Below, piece after piece: positions 26,579 to 35,733 of a stretch of DNA of 64,000 nucleotides. The position numbers and the translations under genes were made by a program. The notes beneath the pieces were generated by a model. It made no database searches. It was not told the DNA's origin and saw only the letters and a list, made by a program, of their open reading frames with translations. Origin of the DNA: Rhodothermales bacterium (GTDB taxonomy: Bacteria; Bacteroidota; Rhodothermia; Rhodothermales; JABDKH01); NCBI GenBank assembly GCA_013002345.1, contig JABDKH010000200.1, positions 664 to 64,663 of the forward strand, given 5' to 3'. Numbering within the stretch: position 1 is the stretch's first letter; every line of letters starts with the position of its first letter.

Positions 26579-26637
26579 AGTTCGTCGAAATGCCGGTCAG
26601 TCGTTGCACGAATGGCAGGAACATCAGGAGGCATTCG

Positions 26638-26922
26638 ATGGCAACCAGAAGAAGTGTTGTCAAATGGTTCGACGCCAAGAAGGGCTACGGCTTCGTCGTA
26701 GATCCTGCCGGAGGGCCTGACATCTTCGTTCACTACTCTCAGATTGAATCAGACGAACGATTCAAATCCCTGAAGACGGGCCAGGAGGTCGAGTTCGAGA
26801 TCTCCGAAGGACCGAAGGGAAATCACGCGTTACACGTCGTCGGACTCGAAGACCCCCCGGATTCTTCCGAAGGAACGGAGTCGGAACTCCAGACGCATAA
26901 CGGACAAGAGCAGGCCCATTGA
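26638..26922 (+). CDS. cold-shock domain protein with acidic C-terminal tail
   Basis: Internal ATG of ORF 26443-26922. VKWFDAKKGYGFV (RNP1), IFVHYS (RNP2), then the tail DPPDSSEGTESELQ. AGGAGG precedes the ATG. Confidence 0.9.
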   Translation: MATRRSVVKWFDAKKGYGFVVDPAGGPDIFVHYSQIESDERFKSLKTGQEVEFEISEGPKGNHALHVVGLEDPPDSSEGTESELQTHNGQEQAH

Positions 26923-27016
26923 CCCTTAGCGAAGCGTTGGTATTTTCGCAGTAGCGAGACTATCTTTCCCGCCGCCTGTGTCGCGTCCAGAATCCGAACG
27001 GATGGTCTGAATTGGA

Positions 27017-27514
27017 GTGGCCGGGTGTTCGTCCATCGCTGTTTTTGAACGTCGTCGTGAGATGTCTTTTAGCTTCTCGCAGAAAGATCTGGATCGGATC
27101 GCTGAAGTCCTGAACGCAGAGCCAAAGCACGATGGCTCGGCATTGCGGTTTGACCTCAGAGATCATTCGTCCGGGCGCAGCATTGCGCTGGAAATCCGAA
27201 CAGCCATCCAGGCGCCGGGCGTAGCGGACGGAGATCCCTACACGCTTGTCTCAGTGTACGCCGCGAGTTCGTTTCTGCAGCTTCAGAATTGCACCGGCTA
27301 CATTGCCAGCGCCGAGCTCGGAGAAGTCATCTTCTTCGGGAAGCATGGCGGGGTTACGAATGGACTTGTGGTCGAGCGCGAAGCGGGCTGTTCGCTGTAC
27401 GCGAACGTCGACGATCGCCTTCTGTCGGCCGACTTCACGCTTCTGCCGCCCGAGCTGATCATGTGCAGCGTTGCACTTTCGATGTCCGATACCCTCTTCG
27501 ACGACCTTGGTTAG
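27017..27514 (+). CDS. hypothetical protein
   Basis: 165-aa ORF (GTG start; alternative ATG at 27062 giving MSFSFSQKDL). No TM segment and no recognised family. Its stop abuts the ybeY start. Confidence 0.5.
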   Translation: MAGCSSIAVFERRREMSFSFSQKDLDRIAEVLNAEPKHDGSALRFDLRDHSSGRSIALEIRTAIQAPGVADGDPYTLVSVYAASSFLQLQNCTGYIASAELGEVIFFGKHGGVTNGLVVEREAGCSLYANVDDRLLSADFTLLPPELIMCSVALSMSDTLFDDLG

Positions 27515-27528
27515 CCATCACGGCATCG

Positions 27529-27969
27529 TTGGTCACAGTCTACAATAGCCATCCGGTCGAAACGGTCGCCGGAGACGAGCTCACTGTCCTCGTTGAGCAG
27601 GTTCTTCATGGCGAGAGCGCAGGCGACGCCATCGTGACCGTAATCCTGTGTGACCACGACGAACACCAGGAATTACACCTCAAGTACCTCGGCCACGACT
27701 ATCCAACCGACGTCCTGGCGTTCTCGCTTGGCGAAGGCGATCAGCTTGAAGGTGAGGTCTACGTGGATCTCGACACGGCCCGCGAGCGCCACAGCGAATT
27801 TGAGTCGTCCTTTGAAATGGAGGTTGCCAGGTATGCGATCCACGGCACGCTTCATCTCCTCGGGTTCGACGACCACGATTCTGACAGCCGATCAAGGATG
27901 AAAACCAGGGAGGACCATTATGTCAATGCACTCGCTAAGCGGCGATCTCACGGGGGCACGGAACCTTGA
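27529..27969 (+). CDS. ybeY: rRNA maturation endoribonuclease YbeY
   Basis: The C-terminal two thirds of ORF 27289-27969 carry DYPTDVLAF and the zinc motif HGTLHLLGFDDHD. TTG 27529 is the only nearby in-frame ATG/GTG/TTG codon that does not overlap the upstream gene (GTG 27463 overlaps it by 52 nt). It would give 146 aa. Confidence 0.85.
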   Translation: MVTVYNSHPVETVAGDELTVLVEQVLHGESAGDAIVTVILCDHDEHQELHLKYLGHDYPTDVLAFSLGEGDQLEGEVYVDLDTARERHSEFESSFEMEVARYAIHGTLHLLGFDDHDSDSRSRMKTREDHYVNALAKRRSHGGTEP

Positions 27970-28053
27970 CTTCCCAGAAGTGTGAAGACTAGTGACCCCA
28001 ACTGAATTGCATCGTGTCAGACCAGCAATCGATCATAGTCACATCAAGCCTAT

Positions 28054-28368
28054 ATGAAGCCGAGAATCACTGCGCGTCACTTCTCGCTTACGGACAAACT
28101 GCGAGATGTCGTGCACGAGAAATACGCCAAGATTGAAAAATATTACGACGGAATAACGGACGCTCGCGTCATACTCACTGTGGAGCGAGGTCGACCAAAA
28201 GAGAAGACGGCGGAGATCATTATTACGGTGTTTCGGCAGACACTTTCCTCACGCGACGTTGGCCCCAGTCACGAAAAAGCACTGGACAACTGCGTTGAGG
28301 GCCTTCGACGGCAGCTACTCAAATACAAGGGCAAGTTGAAGGACACGACGAAAGACGTTCATCGCTAG
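28054..28368 (+). CDS. hpf: ribosome hibernation promoting factor (short HPF/RaiA)
   Basis: 104 aa. MKPRITARHFSLTDKLRDVVHEKYAKIEKYYDGITDARVILTVE matches the sigma-54 modulation/S30EA family pattern. Confidence 0.9.
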   Translation: MKPRITARHFSLTDKLRDVVHEKYAKIEKYYDGITDARVILTVERGRPKEKTAEIIITVFRQTLSSRDVGPSHEKALDNCVEGLRRQLLKYKGKLKDTTKDVHR

Positions 28369-28378
28369 TCCGTCAAAC

Positions 28379-29341
28379 TCACGCAAGTTTTCGAAGGCGG
28401 GAGACGACCTCTTTGACGTGCCGGGCCGTTTTCATGATGTAGAAGTGCAGGCACGGCACACCGGCCTCGATCAGCTCGCGGCTCTGCTCGACAGCCCAGG
28501 CGACGCCGATCTCCGCCACGTGCTCGTCGGCAGCAGCCTCGATTTCGGCGGCCAGCGCCTCCGGAATCTCCAGAGCAAACCTCGATGGAAGCGATTTCAG
28601 TTGCTTCCGGGATGTGATGATCTTCAACCCCGGCAATATCGGGACATCGACACCCGCTTCCCTGCACCGATCTACGAAGCTGAAATAGTGCCGGTTGTCG
28701 AAAAACATCTGCGTGGTTACGTAGTGTGCACCCGCGTCGACTTTCTGCCTGAGATGCAGAACGTCCCAGGCCATATTGGGCGCTTCGAAGTGCTTTTCGG
28801 GGTAGCCGGCAATACCGATGCAGAAGTCGGTCGGATCAGCGTCTATCAACTCTTCCAGAAAGCGGCCGTGGTTCATCGAGCTAATCTGCGCGACGAGATC
28901 GACGGCCTGCTTATTGACTGACTTGTCCGGCGGGAAGGTCTTTTCGTAGCCGTGGTTGTCTCCACGCAAAGCCATCACGTTCTGAATACCGAGGTAGTTC
29001 AGCTCGATCAGCGCATCCTCGGTCTCCTGCCGGGTGAATCCGTGACACAACAGGTGAGGGACCGCCTCGACGCCGAAACGTCCCTTAATCGCCGCACACA
29101 GGCCCAGCGTCCCAGGCCGCTTTCGCTTGATTCGACGCATCCATGACCCATCCGGCATCTCCTCGTAGTATACTTGAGCGGCATGACTGGTCACATCGAT
29201 GAAGGGCGGCTCAAATTCCATCAGAGACGAAATAATCTCGAAAATCTCCCCTGCAGACCCACCCCGCTCGGGCGGAATAATCTCATAGGAGATTAAAGTC
29301 TCTTTCCTTCGGTCTATAAGTTCCGTTATTTTCATCGGCAC
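28379..29341 (-). CDS. metF: 5,10-methylenetetrahydrofolate reductase
   Basis: 320 aa. ISYEIIPPERG, FIDVTSH, LRGD and HFYIMK-type motifs of the MTHFR TIM barrel. Confidence 0.9.
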   Translation of the reverse strand: MPMKITELIDRRKETLISYEIIPPERGGSAGEIFEIISSLMEFEPPFIDVTSHAAQVYYEEMPDGSWMRRIKRKRPGTLGLCAAIKGRFGVEAVPHLLCHGFTRQETEDALIELNYLGIQNVMALRGDNHGYEKTFPPDKSVNKQAVDLVAQISSMNHGRFLEELIDADPTDFCIGIAGYPEKHFEAPNMAWDVLHLRQKVDAGAHYVTTQMFFDNRHYFSFVDRCREAGVDVPILPGLKIITSRKQLKSLPSRFALEIPEALAAEIEAAADEHVAEIGVAWAVEQSRELIEAGVPCLHFYIMKTARHVKEVVSRLRKLA

Positions 29342-29435
29342 CTAAACAAGCGGTCAATATCGCCGAACCTACTACGGTATCCTCCCCCGTCCGAGCAGCA
29401 GGGGGTCGTCTTACTTCTAGATCGTACCGGAGTTC

Positions 29436-30059
29436 ATGATAGGAATAGTCTTTTCGACGGAAGAGGAAGCCAAGCCGTTCCTGACCAAATACGAGCGGGG
29501 ACGGTTTGACGGCCTTGTTGAGGGCGAGGCCTACCATGACGATCACGTCCTGGTGACCCTCCTGGGAACGGGCAAGATCAAGGCTACGCTGCGGACAGAG
29601 CGATTGCTCAATTCGTACGACCTCGACCGGCTCCTCCACGTTGGGACATGCACGGCCCTGAGCAGTGATCTCAAGATCGGAACGCTGGTTGCCGCATCGC
29701 AGGTATTCGAGGGTGATCGAATCGAGATGTCTTCACCCAGCTATCCCCGGATGCCTCTCGAGCAACCCCTCGTCGCCACGAAGAAGGCTACGCTGGTCAC
29801 GCAGGATCATACGATATCCGACGAGTCAGAGATGAACTACTGGCAGCGCATCGCCGACGTCGTCGACATGACCGGATATGCCGTGGCGTATGTCGCTGCG
29901 ACTCACGGCCTGCAGTGCCATATCGTGAAGGCCGTTTCGGCGCGTGTCCTGGAAGAAGATGCGACGCTACAGAAGACGCTCAACAAGTCGTACAAGACGA
30001 TCGCGGATTTCCTTGTCCGCGAACTCGCGGCGCAGCAGCAGTTGCCCGGAAAGAACTAG
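29436..30059 (+). CDS. nucleoside phosphorylase-I superfamily protein (MTA/SAH nucleosidase- or futalosine hydrolase-like)
   Basis: 207 aa. N-terminal IGIVFSTEEEAKPF, GTGKIKA and VDMTGYAVAYVA patterns fit the PNP_UDP_1 fold. I cannot determine the specificity. Confidence 0.65.
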   Translation: MIGIVFSTEEEAKPFLTKYERGRFDGLVEGEAYHDDHVLVTLLGTGKIKATLRTERLLNSYDLDRLLHVGTCTALSSDLKIGTLVAASQVFEGDRIEMSSPSYPRMPLEQPLVATKKATLVTQDHTISDESEMNYWQRIADVVDMTGYAVAYVAATHGLQCHIVKAVSARVLEEDATLQKTLNKSYKTIADFLVRELAAQQQLPGKN

Positions 30060-30061
30060 TA

Positions 30062-30391
30062 CTAGTTCCGACGAATCCACAGGTCATCGACCCAGGCACT
30101 CGGGACTCCTGATGACCTTGATGATCCTGATGATCCGGAAGTCCCGAAGTCATAGGTTAGCAGCAGCCGGGTTTCCTCCCCATACTGCTGATCCTCATGG
30201 ATCTCCCGTGCGCCGACCGGCATCGTGAGGCCGGCCCGTGCAGCCTGGCGACGCACATGGACGGACTCCCGCTCCAGCGCACCGGGGTCGTCAGTCTCCC
30301 AGATCTTGAGACTGATAATAATGGTCCATATCAGCAGGCAGGCCAGCAGGGCCACACCAACTGCAGCAAATACAGCCGCCATGGTAGTCAC
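30062..30391 (-). CDS. hypothetical single-pass membrane protein
   Basis: 109 aa. N-terminal TM helix (AAVFAAVGVALLACLLIWTIIISL) and a Ser/Gly-rich tail (GTSGSSGSSRSSG). It lies downstream of coxIV on the same strand after a 96-nt gap. Confidence 0.45.
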   Translation of the reverse strand: MTTMAAVFAAVGVALLACLLIWTIIISLKIWETDDPGALERESVHVRRQAARAGLTMPVGAREIHEDQQYGEETRLLLTYDFGTSGSSGSSRSSGVPSAWVDDLWIRRN

Positions 30392-30487
30392 GGTGGAATT
30401 GACTACTGTAAAGTAGTAAGACCAAACGACTTTTCGTACAACCGTCCTGCCGGCACTTCAGCCAAAAGCGGGTGCATGGCCAGAATT

Positions 30488-30895
30488 CTACTCATCCGGG
30501 GTCGCGGTCGGGGCTGGAACGGCCTCCGGTTCCTGCGCCCTGAGCACCTCTTCCTGCAGGTTTCGCTCCTCGATCGTCTGCGAGTCCACGTTGCCGAGGT
30601 CACCCCTGAAAGCAGTATCAAGAAGCGTGAAGATGATAAATACCATCACCATCATGATGCCCACCAGAAGGACGAGCAGGTTCACCTTGTTGTCGTACTT
30701 GAGTCCCATGAAGAAGGCGACAACAAGTGATGCTTTGCCGACCGCAATGGACAGAGCCAGCGGGACATTGAAGGCGCCAAGATCAATCTGCGACGTTACA
30801 ACCGTTACAACGGTGAGTATGACCAGCGCGATAAACGTGGCCAGCAGCGTCCGATACGCGGTTATATGATGATCGTGGCTTCCAGCGTGTGCCAT
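30488..30895 (-). CDS. cytochrome c oxidase subunit IV (prokaryotic COX4 family)
   Basis: 135 aa. HHITAYRTLLATFIALVILTVVTV start, three TM helices, directly after coxIII. Confidence 0.82.
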   Translation of the reverse strand: MAHAGSHDHHITAYRTLLATFIALVILTVVTVVTSQIDLGAFNVPLALSIAVGKASLVVAFFMGLKYDNKVNLLVLLVGIMMVMVFIIFTLLDTAFRGDLGNVDSQTIEERNLQEEVLRAQEPEAVPAPTATPDE

Positions 30896-30913
30896 GAAAA
30901 GTCCGAGATTCGA

Positions 30914-31576
30914 TTAGATCAGATAAAGGAGCGGAAACAGGAAGATCCAGATGATGTCGACGATGTGCCAGTAGAGCCCCACCAGTTCTACCGGAGTGTA
31001 CCAGGCCGACGAAAAATGTCCCTTCGTAGCGCGGACGGTCAGCCAGATGAAAAGCCCGATTCCGATAATAACGTGCAGCCCGTGGATGCCCGTCATGATG
31101 TAATAGATGCTGAAGAACTGGGCGACGTAGGGGCCGGCCACCTCTGAATAGGAGTAATGCTCTCCCGGGAATACACCCAGGTGGAATTTGTGCGTGTACT
31201 CAAAGTACTTGACGACAAGGAATGCAATTGCGGCAGCCATCGTCAGCGCAAGGTTGATGATTAACCCTTTGCGGTTGTCATTCTGGATGAAGTGAATAGA
31301 CAGCGCCACCGTAAAGGAAGAGCCAAGAAGGACAAGTGTGTTGAGGCCGCCGAGCCACGGATTGAGGAGCGTGGAACTCTGTACAAAGACCTCCGGATAC
31401 CATACCCGGTACACGGTATAGGCCACGAACATGCCCGCGAATAGCAGGATCTCCGTCACGAGGAAGAGCCACATTCCCATCTTCGCTGCGTCGAACTGCT
31501 GCTCGGACGAAACGAAGTGATGCTGGAGATGCGCCGGGTGCGAATCAGCGTGTGCAGGCGAAGAGGATGACGCCAT
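30914..31576 (-). CDS. ctaE: cytochrome c oxidase subunit III
   Basis: 220 aa. MGMWLFLVTEILLFAGMF and YWHIVDIIWIFLFPLLY motifs. Confidence 0.93.
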   Translation of the reverse strand: MASSSSPAHADSHPAHLQHHFVSSEQQFDAAKMGMWLFLVTEILLFAGMFVAYTVYRVWYPEVFVQSSTLLNPWLGGLNTLVLLGSSFTVALSIHFIQNDNRKGLIINLALTMAAAIAFLVVKYFEYTHKFHLGVFPGEHYSYSEVAGPYVAQFFSIYYIMTGIHGLHVIIGIGLFIWLTVRATKGHFSSAWYTPVELVGLYWHIVDIIWIFLFPLLYLI

Positions 31577-31614
31577 CTATGATCGTTGTGTTTGGGTTTA
31601 CGGGCGGCGACGGA

Positions 31615-33300
<1,686 letters not shown>

Positions 33301-33330
33301 ATCAGGTAACGATAATACTGTGACCGGTAG

Positions 33331-34269
33331 CTACTCGAGCGACTTGATGTAAGCCACGAGAGCATCGAGTTGCTGCGGTTGAAGCGTCGAATAGGTTGCG
33401 GGCATCGCAGGCGGATACGTATCGACGATCTTCGCTGCCGGGTTGATGATAGACTCGAGGATGTAGTTGTCGTCAGCGATCAGGCTCGTACCATCTGTAA
33501 ACTGCTCCGGGCGCCCGAGGAGCCCTTTGAGCGTTGGCCCTACTCCGCGGGTTCCGTCAACGGAGTGACACACGGCACAGTTCTGTTGACTGAACAATAC
33601 TGACCCGTACTCGACAGGAGTCATGTCGCCCATCCCGCTGGTCGCTACCCAGGCCTTGAAGTCTTCTTCGCTCTGCACGATAACTTTCGCGAGCATCGCC
33701 GAGTGCCCCGTACCGCAATACTCGGTACAGAATATGTCGAACTCCCCCACCTCGGTTGCCTCGAACCATACAGACGTATAGCGATTGGGCAATACATCAA
33801 ACTTGACCCGGAAAGACGGCACGAAGAAGCTATGCAGGACGTCGTCGCTGCTCATGGTCAGTTTGACCGGACGATCAACGGGGACTCGCAGCTCCGATCC
33901 GACCGACGTCCCGTTTGGATACGTGAAGTTCCAGGCCCAGCTCGATGCACGAACCTGTATCTGGTATGCATCTGCGGGTGCGATGCTTTGCTTCAGAAAC
34001 GCCTTGAATCCCCAGGTGAATACCAGGAGGCACAGGATCAGGGGGCCGGCAATCCAGGCGATCTCGACGACCTTCCGCTCGGCCAACGGCGCCGGGATGT
34101 GCTCCCCGTCACCGCGCCGGCGATATCGAAATACGAAGTACACCATCGCGCCAATCACAGCCACGAACAGAATCAGGCTGATCCAGAACACGAAGTAGAA
34201 CAGGCCGTCGATCTCCGACGCGAGTGTCGAAGCCTGTTCCGGCATCCAGAAAGTACCCTTGTCACCCAT
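33331..34269 (-). CDS. ctaC: cytochrome c oxidase subunit II with fused C-terminal cytochrome c (caa3 type)
   Basis: 312 aa. Two N-terminal TM helices, CuA motif CTEYCGTGHSAM, C-terminal heme site CAVCH. Confidence 0.95.
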   Translation of the reverse strand: MGDKGTFWMPEQASTLASEIDGLFYFVFWISLILFVAVIGAMVYFVFRYRRRGDGEHIPAPLAERKVVEIAWIAGPLILCLLVFTWGFKAFLKQSIAPADAYQIQVRASSWAWNFTYPNGTSVGSELRVPVDRPVKLTMSSDDVLHSFFVPSFRVKFDVLPNRYTSVWFEATEVGEFDIFCTEYCGTGHSAMLAKVIVQSEEDFKAWVATSGMGDMTPVEYGSVLFSQQNCAVCHSVDGTRGVGPTLKGLLGRPEQFTDGTSLIADDNYILESIINPAAKIVDTYPPAMPATYSTLQPQQLDALVAYIKSLE

Positions 34270-34310
34270 TTCTTACGGCGCGTTTCCGTGAATCTAGTGG
34301 AGTCAAACTG

Positions 34311-35162
34311 TTACGCCGCCACGGCATGATGGCGGGGGCGTACTTCCCGACGCCACAGCGAATATAGGACGACTACCAGAAGCCCGAGCGTCAAAAGGCC
34401 GCCTAGCTTCATGACGTTTGTCGCATGAATCACATACGAGTTCGATCCCGGGTCGAACTGATAGCAGTACAGGACGATTCGATCAACTACCGATGCGACT
34501 GAACCCTGTGACGCCTCGATCAACGCCTTTTCCAGATTGCCGGCCTTGTAGTCCATGCCGTGCAAATACCGCGTGATCTTACCGTCAGAACTCAGAAAGA
34601 TGAGTGCCGCGGGGTGAGCGAATTCTTCGGTCTCCTCCACCCACTGAAACTCGAATCCCACAGCGTCCGCAAGAGCGCGTATTGACGGTTCGTCACCGGT
34701 CAGGAAATGCCATCCGCTTCCGGCTCCCGATCGGTCCAGTATGGCCAGATATCGTTCCTTCTGCTTACGAGCCAGGTCAGTCGTCTCGTATGCCGCCATG
34801 CTGACGGTGATAATCTGAAAGTCGTCTCCGGGCGTGCGATCCAGATCCTTGAGTCCGTCCACCAGCTGATCGAGCAGAATGCTACAGAGCATGGGGCAGG
34901 TGTGGTAAACAAAATTCAGGACGACGGGCTGTCCGTCTGGAACAAGAGACGAAAACGACACCTGTTCTCCGTCCTCGTTCAGAAAGACAATATCTGTCGG
35001 AATGTGGTCGCCGAGGTGCTCGGTTATCCCCACACCTTCGAACACTGCCGGCAGATCGTCAGCGACCTGTGCCTCACTCTGCGCCGGCGCTACGAGCCGC
35101 AGCGCAAGCACAACGAGAACTAGAAATCGGCCGCTACTGTTCATACAACTGACCCTGCACAC
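34311..35162 (-). CDS. SCO1/SenC family copper chaperone
   Basis: 283 aa. Signal/anchor, thioredoxin-like CPMLC motif and conserved His (FAHPAA), C-terminal TM helix. It sits between the ACIII and cox genes. An alternative start is ATG 35144. Confidence 0.88.
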   Translation of the reverse strand: MCRVSCMNSSGRFLVLVVLALRLVAPAQSEAQVADDLPAVFEGVGITEHLGDHIPTDIVFLNEDGEQVSFSSLVPDGQPVVLNFVYHTCPMLCSILLDQLVDGLKDLDRTPGDDFQIITVSMAAYETTDLARKQKERYLAILDRSGAGSGWHFLTGDEPSIRALADAVGFEFQWVEETEEFAHPAALIFLSSDGKITRYLHGMDYKAGNLEKALIEASQGSVASVVDRIVLYCYQFDPGSNSYVIHATNVMKLGGLLTLGLLVVVLYSLWRREVRPRHHAVAA

Positions 35163-35167
35163 AGTCC

Positions 35168-35581
35168 CTACTTATTCGGGAGAAGCGTAACCTCGTTCGT
35201 GTAGTCGTCTTTCGGCTGTTGATACGTCTCGTCCGTGATCAGTTCGATCGCGCGGTCGATAGGAATCTGGTACGTTCCGGACGCGGCGTCGATCACGGCA
35301 TATTGCGTCAATTTCTCAGCCGCAGCCAGCTCCACTTCCATGAGGGCCGTTCGGCCGACATCCTGCGCCATCTCGGACCGCACGGACTGAACCTCCAGAT
35401 TCATAAGCTGAAAGAGCCCGATTACAAGGACCACGACGACGATGGTGACACCCAGAACGACCTGGATAAGCATACCCGGGTTCATTTCCTCTGGTTCTAC
35501 GCCGGCAGCGATAGATGCCGGGGTCGGCGATATCGCCTGCACGTTCGATGTCGAATCCAGATGTCCGTGCTTCTTCGCCAT
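35168..35581 (-). CDS. single-pass membrane protein at the ActG position of the ACIII cluster (function unproven)
   Basis: ORF 35168-35647. The likely start is ATG 35581 (MAKKHGHLD...). It has one TM helix (MLIQVVLGVTIVVVVLVIGLF). It follows actF and lies 5 nt before SCO. Confidence 0.55.
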   Translation of the reverse strand: MAKKHGHLDSTSNVQAISPTPASIAAGVEPEEMNPGMLIQVVLGVTIVVVVLVIGLFQLMNLEVQSVRSEMAQDVGRTALMEVELAAAEKLTQYAVIDAASGTYQIPIDRAIELITDETYQQPKDDYTNEVTLLPNK

Positions 35582-35733
35582 ATGGGAGGTTCGAATCTGA
35601 GTGAATACAACGATTACGTTCGACCGGCTACCTGAACGCTGTCGCACCAGTCGGGATCAAGAAAGGCCATGAAACTCAAATGAAATAGGCCGTGCCATCG
35701 CATTGCCAAAATACCACAAACCGGACCACACGC

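Noticed and set aside
26443-26637. A 65-codon N-terminal extension of the cold-shock ORF that overlaps the DUF423 gene start.
   Set aside because: The cold-shock domain begins right after ATG 26638, which has a perfect AGGAGG. The extension has no Csp counterpart.
27289-27528. The long ATG-initiated version of the ybeY ORF.
   Set aside because: It would overlap the upstream ORF by 226 nt and adds Arg-rich sequence with no YbeY similarity. TTG 27529 gives a normal-length protein.
30100-30135. Short tgatga(c/t)c direct repeats that could suggest a micro-array or CRISPR-like repeat.
   Set aside because: There are only three 8-9-nt units with no spacers. They encode the Ser/Gly-rich tail of ORF 30062-30391, so this is simple coding low complexity.
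35584-35600. A GGTTCGAATC string resembling a tRNA T-arm.
   Set aside because: The flanking bases cannot form a T-stem on either strand (ggagg/ctgag do not pair). No acceptor or anticodon arms are apparent. It lies in the leader or N-terminal extension of ORF 35168-35647.
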